64,000 bases of DNA from Vitrella brassicaformis CCMP3155 (Eukaryota > Protista > Chromerida): the NCBI GenBank assembly GCA_001179505.1, contig CDMY01000477.1, forward strand, positions 248,001 to 312,000, read 5' to 3'. The position numbers and the translations under genes were made by a program. The stretch's first letter is position 1, and the number at the start of each line of letters is the position of its first letter. Positions 13,001 through 24,620 of the stretch are shown here, one piece after another. Below the pieces are notes generated by a model. The model searched no databases, was not told the DNA's origin, and saw nothing but the letters and a program-made list of their open reading frames with translations.

Positions 13001-14171
13001 GGAAAGAAGTGGCTGAGTGGCGCAGGGGTGATGGAGGGTTTTGTGAAGGGCACCTCTGTGAGCTATGCGTGTTTGATGTCGTCATGGCAAGGGCGCGTGC
13101 CTATCCAGTCCCCGGAAGACAACACGAAGGAAACGGGGTCACAGGAGGACTCATTCGCCATTCGTTTCGATGTAAGACGAGCATCTATCGAAATGAGCAG
13201 CCTCTGTTGTGTCTCTATGTGCTCGTGTCTTTGTAGGAGCCAAGGTGCCTGGATGTGTGGCACACGAAGGAAAGTGCCTCATACATGGTAGGCGGGACAC
13301 GGACAAGACGGTCTCTCTGCTTTGCCAATCTGTGTCGCGTCTATCAGGTGGTCGAGAGCGGTAGTTTCTGGCTCGGTGGCGACATGCTGGCGCATGTAGG
13401 AAGAGCACTTATCCCGGCCGATGGCAGATTCCATCGCGTGCAGTTCCCCATGGCATTCCCGGGCGGCAAAGTCCCTGTGGTCTGGACGCAGGTGCAGACC
13501 TACCAGGATGCCACTTTCGTGCACACACGCATCAAGGAGGTCAACTCCGACGGCTTCCGAGTCGGTATTGAGATGAGGGGCCGGCTCAGCCTGGCGCCCA
13601 AGATGGACACCGTGGGGAAGCAAAGTAAGTGAGGGCAATTCGAGACACGGCATTTTAATAGTGCATGTTTGTTGCAGTGGTTGGTTGGCTTGCCGTGCTT
13701 CCTGGCGAAGAAAGACTGCCCAATGGCGACGCCGTCTTTGTCGCAAACACGGTCAGGGAGACGCACCTGTGCTTTCCACGTTTGTTTGTCGTCCTGCCAT
13801 TCTCTGTCTCACAGACACTCCGTGGATGGAGGGAAACCAACAACCACTGGACCAGTGTGTCGCTCCCAGAACAGCTGATGGGTGACTCCCCTCCCTCCCT
13901 GCTCGCGGCCATACAAAGCTACAATGGTGCTGACGCGGCGACACTCCGATACAAGGATCTGACAGAGAGAGGGGTCATGATACGGCCTCAGGAGGACCGG
14001 TGCACGAAGTGGGCAGGGATGGGTGATGCGCACAAGAGAATCGATCGTGCACAAGGAGCGCGTGCAACGTATGAATGGATGGATGTGTGCAGCGACCAGA
14101 AGCATATGGTGTCCGAGGAGCTGGGGTATGCTCTTGTCGTCAAGAGCGGATACCCACGGCGGACCGACTGA
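10085..14171 (+). CDS. Mosaic extracellular-type protein: WSC + PAN/apple-like + LamG + H-type-lectin-like repeats
   Basis: SRGCF..CFNYC..YFGVSDGGRCWCG..C..C..CGG..VY (WSC); QCKDACASTAECGGFRY (PAN-like); FSIELWLQ..LLDFG..FKGQLAVFGVYNRPL (LamG); VQFPMAF..PVVWTQVQT and LLAAIQSYNGADAATLRY..EELGY (lectin-like); start uncertain. Confidence 0.7.
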
Positions 14172-14475
14172 TTGTGACTGACTGACTGACTGATCATGAC
14201 GACTCCATTAATGATGGGCGTACCGCAGAGATCAGTGTTATGAATCTCATGTATCTGCTTCGTCAATCTGATTTGCGAGTCCATCTCATATAGAGGCAGA
14301 CAACGCACAAATCGATGACCTGGCCGCTTTTCCTGGCCGGCGAGGTTTTTCCGCCAAGCTCGCAGTGTGCTGCAAAGATACTTCTGAAGCGGGGCTTAAG
14401 CGGGTGTGTGAGTCCCATAAGGTGCTGCATCCTCAGACCTGCCGAATTCTCTGCTGTTTGAAGCTCACACGCAAC

Positions 14476-16368
14476 ATGTCTGGGAAGCCCGTTGACTACA
14501 GCCGCTGGGACAAGCTGGACCTGAGCGACTCATCCGACGATGAAGGACCTTCGGCTGCTGTCAGCAAAGCGATGGCTGCTATGGCCCTGAAGGCCAATCA
14601 GCCCGGCTCGACAGCCGCCAGCTCGAGTGCGGCCAGTCCTCGCGTGGCTGGGGCGTCTGACGGGGACACGATGCCCTTCAACTATGACGGTGGGTGCCGA
14701 GAAGGGCAAGAGAGCGAATGCAGCACCGCATTGGCTCTCCCTTGCTCTATGTGTGTGTCAGAGATGCCTGGCTACAAGGTCCACCGCAGCCCCTCGGCTG
14801 CCTACCCATCACCGAAGCGCTGCGGCATGTGCCTCAAATCGCCCCCTGACGTGCCGTCACTCTTCGACTGCGGCCAATGCGGCCTCATCAGCTACTGCAG
14901 CAAGGAGTGCCAGCGGCAGCACTGGCGCGCCAAGCACAAGGAGGTCTGTCAGAAGGCCAAGAAGTTTGCTGACCTGCCGCGCTATCGGCTCGGCTACAAG
15001 AATCCCCTCAAGCACGCTTTCGGCATGATGGACGATGATGAGTTCTACGAGCTGCAGCGGCGCCGAGAGGATCAAATTATCGACGAGGTGGCGAGTCGTG
15101 ATGTGCTCACACTGTCAGTGTCCTTCAGAGCGGAACTGGTGGACAACCGTTATCTTGACATCGAACTGATCTGCGGTGTGAAGGACGAAGAGCGCCACGC
15201 GACTGCTGTGGAGGCCGCATATCCAAGCAGACAAGGCTTCCCTCCTTTTATCATCTACCCCTCGTTCCGGTTCGTTCGCTTGTCGATGGACACCACCACC
15301 CCTTGCAAGGACCGTTCGGCTGAGTCCCTCCGCTCACTCTACGCCTGCATCGTCAGTGTGGTGTCCACGACGATCCAGGGCTTCATCTACAAGATACTCA
15401 GCAAGACGGGCGGCCGGCTTCCTGTCTTCCGTCCGTTTTTCGACTTCGGTTTCTCGCTGGGTCCATTGTTCTGGGCGAACAAGGCTGCGTCCATCACGAT
15501 TGCGAGGGAGTTTGTTTTCTATTTTCGGCCCCACATTCGGGTCATCTGCGTCAAAGCCGTCGTCCATGCGTGCAATCGGTTATTCGGCGAGGACATCAAG
15601 GACAGAATGGGCAGGAATGAGAAAGTCCATGTCAACAAGCCACACGAGTACCTCTGCCGTAAGGCATGGTGAGTGTGAGGGCGGCTAGGCTGGAACGTCA
15701 CACATCGAGGGGAGCGTGGGCGCTGTGTGTGTGTGTGTCCTGCTCCACACAGGAAGAACAACATTGTGCACTACATGGATCAGTACCAGTTGACCGCCCA
15801 CGTCGACCAGCTCTGCCAGCAGCACGCCGCTCAAGTGAGCAGACGGCATCCATATCATCCTTCCCTGTATCTCATTCTGTTTGTCGTGTCTGTGTAGCAG
15901 TCTGACGTGTCGTTTGAGAGTGTCAAGGAGCTGCTCGAGACGGCCCTCCAGTACACAGACATCTTCCGGAAACACCTGCTCGACTACACCGCCGACATGG
16001 CCGCCAACACGCTGGGCGGCTGGACCCTCGCAAAAGCTCTCGCTGTGACTGAGGAGAGGGTCCAGGCTGTCAGAGAGGAGTTGGAGGCGCTCAATCCCCA
16101 GTACTGGCCACTTCACAAAGTGAGCATGGAAACGTTCAATGCACGCGGGTGTAGCGGCCTCTTTGTGCGTACTCGTCAGGCCATCCGTGAGGTGCTGTCC
16201 CAACCGCCGCCCAAGTACCACGCCCCGTGTGACGGCCGCCTGCTGACGCTGGACGACAGCCGACAGGTGTCGGAGCTCGAAGTGATGCTCAAGACACAAG
16301 GACTCATTAAGCTAGCACAAGGATGGCACAGACAACGAGGGGATGGTGACAATTTTTCTGTGGCATAA
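14476..16368 (+). CDS. Cdc37-N-motif + MYND zinc-finger protein, copy 2 (apparently intact)
   Basis: MSGKPVDYSRWDKLDLSDSSDDEG; CGMC..CGQC..YCSKECQRQHWRAKHKEVC; introns 14690-14761 and 16120-16179 plus two more in 15670-15900. Confidence 0.85.
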
Positions 16369-16589
16369 ATGACGTGTCATGTATTCAGTCAGCGAACGCA
16401 TGTACATGCCTCTGTGGTCCGAACAACTTTCTGTGTGCCATTCGTCAACCACTGTCAGTCGGTCAATCACGTCACTCGGTCAATGTTCGACACACCATCT
16501 CACGCACAGACTGCTCGACCCTATCCATCCATCCATCAGTCCCCGCTCGCCATGAGAACAATTACGCCAGCCACTCACCCACCCTCCCA

Positions 16590-17566
16590 TCAGAGGAACC
16601 TGCTCCTCTTCCACACATCGATGGGCAGCGGGTTGTCATCGGGCGGCAGCTCACGCACATCGGGCCGGGCAATAGGAGGGAAGTGGTCCGCCTCATCAGC
16701 AGACGGCAGGATCAGCTCCTCCCCATCTCCACCTGCCGCACCCTCGTGCTGCTGTTGTTGTAGTCCTTCAAGCTGTGGCTGTCTGGTCTCTTGCGCGTCG
16801 ATGTGGCCGTCATCAGCCACGCCGATGTCACGAAATGTGTCGGGCAGCAACTCACCACAGCTGCACAAACGGCACACACATGGACAGCTTGGTTGGATCA
16901 CTCTTTCGATCTGCCTGCCCCCCCACACACATACCGGTAGATGGTGACGGGTCTCCTGGGTCTGCCCATCACTGTGCCGACATCTTCGATGGCCTCGAGG
17001 GCGTCCCAGCCGTCGATGAGCTGCCCGAAGACAACGTGCTTGCCGTCAAGCCACGGACAGGGCGCGAAAGTGATGAAGAACTGGCTGTTGTTGCTGTGCC
17101 GACGGCGCGTCTTGGCCATCGACAGCACACCCCTGAATGATCAATTGCACCCATTGTGTCACACATACAAACACGGGCAGCTGTCCGCTGTCTGCCCCTG
17201 TGTGTGTCTGAGTGCACTGTCTGACCTCTTGGAGTGTTTGTAAAGGAACTTCTCGTCCCTGAAGAACTGCCCGTAGATGGACTCCCCGCCATGCCCGTCG
17301 CCCATGTTGAAGTCGCCACCCTGGCACATGAACCCAGGCACCACTCGGTGCACCGGCACACCCTTGTACCACCGAGGCCGCAGGTAGTAGCCCAGCCCGG
17401 TCTCGCCAGTGCACAGGCACCTGAAGTTCTCGGCCGTGATGGGCAGCTCGTCGGCGAACAGCTCGAAGACCAGCCGCCCGACGTCCCGGCCGCCCACACT
17501 CATGTCCAGAAACACACGGGGAGAGGGCACCTTCGGGAAGCGGGAGGCCAGGCTGCTTCCACTCAT
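16590..17566 (-). CDS. Cyclophilin-type peptidyl-prolyl isomerase with acidic C-terminal tail
   Basis: [69 protein letters not shown]; 3 exons. Confidence 0.95.
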
Positions 17567-17712
17567 CTCCTCGAGCAGATCAGCACGATTCTGGTGACGA
17601 CATCACGTAGCAGCTGCCGTCAGCACCAGATCTCCGCGTTTCGGTTGATCCATTTTTGTTGTGGCTTCAAGCTCGCATTCGGCGCAGATCTCTCGCCGTC
17701 GAATTGGCACTC

Positions 17713-19908
17713 ATGATTGTACGCCGCTTGACCCGCCTCTTGTCGTCCATAACGAGAAACGGCCTGCCTCAAGCTGAAGCATCATGCACTCATTCATCTG
17801 CCGCCCACAGCACAGCTGTAGACGGCCTGCTGCCCGCCCTCGCCCGTGCCCGGCGAGATCACCGTGAACGATGCAGGCAGGATCAGAGCCTTGCAGCGTG
17901 TCCGCCGTCGCTGGCCCTCGCCCGTGCCCGGCGAGATCACCGTGAACGATGCAGGCAGGATCAGAGCCTTGCAGCGTGTCCGCCGTCGCTGGCCCTCGCC
18001 CGTGCCCGGCGAGATCACCGTGAACGATGCAGGCAGGATCAGAGCCTTGCAGCGTGTCCGCCGTCGCTGGCGTGTGCGCTGCTGCTGAGTATGTGGGCAT
18101 CTTCCCATCTGCAGCTCGACAGACGGCGGGCCTGTGTGCGGTGCGAGGAGAGCCTCGAAGCCGCACTGACGGAAGGGGAGGAGCCTCGTGCTGCTGAAAA
18201 CGGTACGCATATTCAGTAGGGAGGCAGTTGAGAGGTGGTTATGACGAGTATGGGTGGCTGTCTTGCGCTTGGTCGGTCAGATGGCGAGCCGCATCTGTTG
18301 GGCGGCAAGCAGGATGCTTACGGCGGCCTCATTGTCGACCCACAAACACTCCACAGGGACAAACAGGAGTTCGAACGAAGTACGCAACAATTAAGTACAC
18401 GTGTGTCTGCAATGCTCTGTGCATCTGTGTGTGTGTTTTGTTTTGTGTCTGCCTGTATGCAGCATTGGAGAGCTCCCTTGTCCACTGGCGTCAGGCCGGC
18501 TACAGGGGGATATGGATGAAGATACCCAAAGGTATGTCAGAATGAGAAAGAAGCAGCACACGGCAAACAGCACGGCCGCCATGACGGCTCCTGTGTTGTG
18601 TGGTGTGGTGTGGGTTTCGGAGCAGATTTGGTCCATTTAGTGCCCGTCGCTGTGCAGAAAGGCGAGTTCTCCTTCCACCATTGCGAGAGGTACCAATGCA
18701 CAGACCTAACACAAACCTACAGGCTGTCATGCCTTCGTTCGGTTGTTGATCCATGTGTCAGCGACTACATCATGCTGACGCGTTGGCTGCCGTCGTCGTC
18801 GAGTCCGCTGCCCAGCGGGGCGTCGCACCATGTGGGTGTGGGGGCGGCCATCATCAACGACCGGAACCAGGTGCTGCTGGTGCAGGAGGCTAACGGACCA
18901 CTCAAGGGCAGGGGCATCTGGAAGATGCCGACAGGTGGGTGGGTATACCTCCATCCATCCATCCACACCAACACACGTGTTGTGCGCACATCCCTATGTG
19001 TCTGCAGGTCATGTGCACAACGGGGAGAGTCTGGTGGAGGCTGCCATCAGGGAGGTCAGCCAGGCGCCGACTGGCTGGGGGCTGCACTTATTCTCTCTCC
19101 CTGTGTGTGTGTGTGTGTGTGTGAGAAGGCAAAGGAGGAGACGGGCATCGACACCGAGTTCGACTCCATCCTCGCATTCAGGCAGGCAAAGCCAATATAC
19201 GCACACTCACGCAGAGGGATTTGCGGCATCTATGCCCTGATGAGTGCATTTGTGTGTGTGTGTGTGTGTGTTGTGTAAATGTAGGGAGTCCCACGGCGGT
19301 CCGCCCGTCACGGGCGGCAAGAGCGACCTCTTCTTTGTCGTCAAACTGAGACCACTGCAAAGTGCAGAAGAGGTCAGCACGGCACCCCTGCACACAAAAC
19401 ACACACACGCCGCCCAGCCCACATGTCTTGCCATATGTGTGTGTGTGTGTGTAATGTGCAGCTGGAGATTTCGCCGCAGGACGGCGAAATCTCCGCGGCC
19501 CAGTGGGTGCCGGTGAGCCACCTTGAGAGCATCTCCAAGTTCAAGCCCGGCACCGTCTACCACACCTTCAACACACTTGCAGCCCGCTCCGCCTTACCAC
19601 ACACGGACGACCCCTCCCCCTCTCTCCCTCCCCCTCCGTCTAAGTCATCCCTGCCACACATGAGCGCCGCTAACGCCGTGCCAGCTGTCAACTACCCACT
19701 TGGTGTGGGTGGGGGCTTCGAGGCAATGCCGGCAGTAAGGCGGCTGGATGGGCCGAATGACCCGCTGTTCCTCACACACGGGGAGCCCTACAGGGGCATC
19801 CGGGGGTGGAAGAAGCTGCCGGCGGGCTTCCGCGGGAAGATCGACTCGTTCTACTTCGTGACGCCGGTCCCACCGGAGGCCGCTCACCTGCTGAGAGATG
19901 ATAATTGA
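17713..19908 (+). CDS. Nudix hydrolase (NUDT6/plant NUDT2-like) with putative mitochondrial leader
   Basis: DAYGGLIVD, WRQAGYRGIWMKIP, HVGVGAAIINDRNQVLLVQE..WKMPTG, Nudix box GHVHNGESLVEAAIRE|AKEETGI, KSDLFFV; leader MIVRRLTRLLSSITRN is Arg/Ser-rich. Confidence 0.9.
17837..18070 (+). repeat. Three perfect tandem copies of a 78-bp unit (26 codons)
   Basis: ccctcgcccgtgcccggcgagatcacc...gtccgccgtcgctgg starts at 17837, 17915 and 17993. Confidence 0.97.
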
Positions 19909-20111
19909 CCAAGATGTGGAGCTAGTGGTGGCTCTCTGGCAATTGAGGGAGGGAGGGAGGGAGGGAGGGAGAGTGACGGAATTGGCCGTTGGCAGGGCCG
20001 AGTCTCTGTCTGCCTGTTTTGCGTGCGTGTTGGGTGTGCATAGGTAGGTAGGTAGCAGTTTTGTCTGGTGTGGCAGTCAGTGACTCAATGAGTGAGTCGC
20101 AATGCGAGATG

Positions 20112-20199
20112 TGAAGCGCAAGAAGAAACTGTATTAGCTCAACCAGGGCGGCAACATCCACCACGTAGTTGAGCTACTGCAGTTTCTTCTTGCGCTTCA
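20112..20199. other. Long inverted repeat / hairpin 1 (about 32-bp stem)
   Basis: tgaagcgcaagaagaaactg (20112-20131) is the exact reverse complement of 20180-20199; tagctcaac pairs with gttgagcta inside. Confidence 0.9.
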
Positions 20200-20591
20200 G
20201 TCAGCCAGATGCATTATGTGCTCATGTGTGAACGTTCGACAGTGGCCTGGGAACACTGTTGTGTTCTCTTTGGGTGCTCGGCCGTGGTCGTCGGACGTAT
20301 TGAATTTCACTGCCTGTGACGAGCGCCAGACAGGAGACAGGGAGAACGTCCACCGAACGGGTGCGTGCCACGAGAGAATACTACAAGACCTTCCTTCCCT
20401 GAGGCACTAGAACTGGCCTCGAAGTACGACTCTACCCCCGGCAGCCGGTGTAGTGTCAGGTGTGTACGTTTGTGTCTATATGTGCTGTTCATGGCGGCCA
20501 CACACGCACTGCACTGACGTGATGCTGTCTGTACAAACATGCACATTGCATACACCCCTCCCCCCGCCGTCGCTCGATCATCTCTGTACAG

Positions 20592-20702
20592 GTGGTTTGA
20601 GATATCTGTCATGTGCTGACTGGGATGTACAGGATTAAGTGAGTCCCTCACCCACTCAATCTTGTACATGCCTGTCCCCACATGACAGATATCTCAAACC
20701 AC
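20592..20702. other. Long inverted repeat / hairpin 2 (24-bp perfect outer stem, imperfect inner stem)
   Basis: gtggtttgagatatctgtcatgtg (20592-20615) pairs perfectly with cacatgacagatatctcaaaccac (20679-20702); atgtacaggatt/aatcttgtacat inside. Confidence 0.9.
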
Positions 20703-22376
20703 TTTGTCAGCTGCGGGAGTAATCTGCTTCATGGGAGAGGGGATCGACCGCTGGTAGGGGTCCAGCACATGGATGCCGCGCTTCCAATCCAACGCACGAC
20801 CCCTGCACTCATGCCCATGCATCCATCAAACACAAAGTGTGTGGTGTCTTGATGGCCGGCTAAGTGGCTGACCTGCTGGGCGAGGCGACGAAGGGCGACC
20901 TGGACACCTCGGGGAAGTGGTGGTGCTTCATCTGGTACATCAGCAAACTCCCTGGTGAACGGACACGATACCAAGCTCCCACGTGTTGGTTTGGCGCATG
21001 TGTGTATGTGATGTGATGTTTCTTCTTCCGACCTGACACAGCGACGTCGAGATTGCGCATGTCGAAGTCGGGCAGGTCGACGGGATGCTGTGGACACAAC
21101 GACTGACTGTGACAGCTGAGCTGCCTGCCTGCCTGCATGGCTGACCTCTATCCTGAGCTTGCGCGCCTTCTGGGGTATCCCAAACGGCGCATAGTACTCC
21201 TCACGCACCATCAGACACACACCTAATCGACACACGCGCAGAAGCTGGTAAAGAAATGCAATTACTCTTCCTCTCCCGCACCCGTATCTGCGCATACCTC
21301 TTTCCTTTGTGAAGTCCTGCTGCGTGATGTCTGCGCCGCGGTAGTGCGCCGCCGTCAGGCACAGCTTGTAATGGTCCACGAACTTCATCAAGTCGTCCAG
21401 GGTCCCATACCTGCACGCCATAAAACAGCGAGCAAAGCGATCCATCAATTCGCTGTGTGGCTGTGTACCTGTGTGGCAGGTAGAACAGTGCGCCCTGCGA
21501 TGCCCTGATGGCGTCATGGTGCAGCGGGTCCACACACGTGGGCAAGAAGAAGGCACCGTGCCAATGCATCGACACCTGCACACACACGCACACACACAGA
21601 TACATATGTCCAAGGACGATGATGATGTACGCCAGGCAGCTTACCGCAGACCGCAGGAGTGTGCCGAGCAGTGCAGGGTCCTCAATGTAATCGAACACCA
21701 GCATCAACCTGCACACAACACAACACACGCATACAATACATTCTCCCTCCTCCCATGCGGCCCATATCTGGCTGGCTGGCTGGCTGGCTGGCTCGCTGAC
21801 AGACTGACCGTGGGTCGCCGAAGGCGTCTGTTGGTGCGGGCATGTCGATCTCGCCGACGATGCCGCCGTCGAACGACTTGAGGTGCGCCACGCGCCGCAG
21901 CAGCTTCTGATCCACCTGGTACCACCCACCCTCCTCCATCCAAATGCCATGGTCACTCGGCAGCGCATCTCTGCACGCAAACAAACGAGAGAGGGAGGGA
22001 GGGAGGGAGGGAGGGACATTCATCGTGGGGGGAAGGTTCTCTCTGCGTTAATGAATGCGTACGTGGTGAGGACGCGCTTGAAGACGTATTTGTCGCTGAG
22101 TTCTCGCAGGAGCTTCCAGCCCGACACCACACAGGTCTCCTTGCGCAGCCGATAGCTCCTGTTGGTGCTCAGCTTCATCAAGTGCTCGATGACGGGATCA
22201 TGCGCAGACACGATCTTCCTCTTGCGTGGTGGGCCGGTGGCCGTCACGGCCCTGCTGAGGGCCGACAGCTCATCGGTTGATGGCGGGGTAGCATTGCGGC
22301 GATGCCCTGGCGTCAGATCTTTGGGCAGATGGGCGAACTTCTTGTATACAATGCGCGATGCTGTGCGGGACGACAT
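20694..22376 (-). CDS. SpoU/TrmH-family (SPOUT) RNA methyltransferase, probably organellar
   Basis: IVSAHDPVIEHLMKL..ETCVVSGWKLLREL, LMLVFDYIEDPALLGTLLRSA, CVDPLHHDAIRASQGALF, NLDVAVSGSLLMY; last exon GRALDWKRG..DKVV* inferred. Confidence 0.8.
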
Positions 22377-23186
22377 CTCGATTGATGAGTTATGCTGCAC
22401 CACCAGAACAGATGACGTAAGGAATGACTTCCCTCGGCGAGAATTGGAGACGGGACGAGAAATTCGAAATTCGAGACAGAAATTTCGGCCCGCTTTCCAT
22501 TTTTCGCCTCCGCAGCGCCTTTCACCCTTCTTTCGGCCACAGATGCCCCGCTTCTTCTTCTTTCCATCTGGTTTTTGGCTTGTGTGGTCCGCTCCATCAC
22601 CCTCTACCCCCCACAACTCGTCCGGTTTTGTCTGCCACTTCCTTCCACTACCGCCGGGCCACGAGCAAGGCCTCCTCCGCCGGTGGCGCCCTGCCTTTTG
22701 CCGAACGGTGGCGACTGCCTGACGCCTGTCTGGCGTCAACTCAAGTGCGCGTACGGCTTCTTTTGCCTTCAAACTTTGAGCATCCTCTCAGGTGAGTAGA
22801 CATGTCATGTCTTTGGGTTGGCTGTGGTGATGTTATGGTGTATGGATGATGTTCAAGGATGACTGCATAGTCTGTTTCATTGCTGTGGTGATCTCACTGT
22901 GCCCTGTTGGCATGCTTGTGTGCAGCAGATGAAACTATGGGTTTTCCTCTTGATGGCCTCGAGCAGCTTCCCTTCTTCTGTGTGTACCTTCCCTTGTGTG
23001 TGCAGAATTGGATTTGCAGGATAGACCCTTCTTCTGTGTGTCCCTTCTTCTGTGTGTCCCTTCTTCTGTGTGTCGCGAGGGCATTGAGCAATGCAATGAC
23101 ATGCGAGGGCATCGAGCAATGCAATGACATGCGAGGGCCTCGAGCAGCTTCCCTTCTTCTGTGTGTCCCTTCCCTTGTGTGTGCAG

Positions 23187-24620
23187 AATTGGATTTGCAG
23201 GATAGACGGCCGGCCCTGGGGAGCGGGACCTTCGGCTTGGTGAGACGAATGGAGAACAGATTCTTGTCATGGTGTTAATCGAGTGTGTGAAACAGGTTGA
23301 GGAAGAACGGCTACGTCAGACGAGGGTTGCCATCAAGTCAATGTTGCTGTCAATGCAGACAGGTAGGAAGCGGCGTATCTCAGCATGGCTTGATCACATT
23401 ACGTTGTTGGCTGCCTGCAGGGACAAGGCCATCAAGATGGGAAATATTGAACTTCGAGAGAGAAGTCAGAGCCTACAGGCAAGTGTGTTCACAGGAGAAG
23501 GCCGCAAGTCCGGTGTGTTGGCGCTTGGTGGCTTTGCGTAGCTATATTCGACACCAATTCATTATGCAGTGTCATGGAGTGTGCCACCACAGGGGCAACG
23601 GAGAAGCCAGGGAGGCCAACGCGAGAATCCCCCCCCACTGCATCGTGATGGAGCATATTGAATGGGGTCAGCTAGAAAGACAGCAGCAACAACAGTTGGT
23701 GTAGTCTTGCGCACCGGAGATGCCTTTCCCACAGATGTCCTGTCGAACTGCCTGCGAGAACGGCCGACGGCTGAACAAAGACTGATTTGGGCAGAGAAAC
23801 TGATATGACACAGATATCGATGCCATTCAATGACGTGTTGTTTGGTGTACGTAGGTGAGTGCAGTGGGCCATATGCATGCCTGTGGTTTCATACACAGAG
23901 ACGTCAAGCCGCAGGTGAGTACAAACAAAAAGCTTCCTGTCAACTAGAAAGATGCCTGGCTGCCTGTCTGTCTGCCTGTTATTAGAACGTTCTGATACGT
24001 CGGGCTGATCTCGAGCTCAAGTTGGCTGACATAGGGACATGCGAAAGGCTTGAGGTACGTGATGATGGTGCCAGCTGCAGTACTGGACATTTCATGTATG
24101 TCTCTTATGTGTGTGTCTCGGGTGCCACATGATGTGGGGTGTCAGCGGGACGGCTTCGTGGAACCAGAGGACGCTGGCGGGGCACCCTGCAGTACCAGCC
24201 CCGAGAGGCCCTCGCCCATCAGCCACTCAGCGACGCGGTGGATATCTGGTCTCTCGGTAAGTGCGCAAGTGCATGGGCCATTCATAGACGAGCTCCCACA
24301 TCAGCCATGTATTGTGATTGAATGTCATTCAGGGTGCTGTCTCATTGAAGTATTCGGCGGGACGGTGTGGCCGGAAGACTGCAGGAGTAATCGTTTCATA
24401 GCCGACGCCATCATGCAAGGCGCAACTCCTCTTTTGCCGAACTGGTGGCCACAGTCGGTCAAAGACATCATTCTGCCCGTGAGCTGAGCACACAAAGGCT
24501 GCGTAGATGTCTGCATTCACGTGTGTGGGTTGCGTCCAGTGTTTTGACTGCCCCCGACGACGACCATACGCCCGACAAAATACTCGACCAAGTGCGAGCC
24601 CTGGCTGTCCACAACATTCG
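23187..24620 (+). pseudogene. Ser/Thr (TKL-like) protein kinase, probably disrupted
   Basis: LGSGTFG, VAIK, FEREVRAY, HRDVKPQN, LADIG, GTLQYQPRE, DIWSLGCCLIE present; expected donor at 23803 reads AT; +1 frameshift in AAAA at 24577-24580. Confidence 0.65.

Noticed and set aside
5570-16368. Composite transposon formed by the inverted MYND copies
   Set aside because: The arms are diverged protein-coding paralogs; no transposase, TIR ends or TSD seen
17837-18070. CRISPR-like array
   Set aside because: Head-to-tail identical units with no unique spacers; eukaryotic context; no cas genes
20307-20696. Selenocysteine UGA/SECIS in the SpoU gene
   Set aside because: The hairpin lacks a recognisable SECIS core and the downstream frame has no recognisable homology
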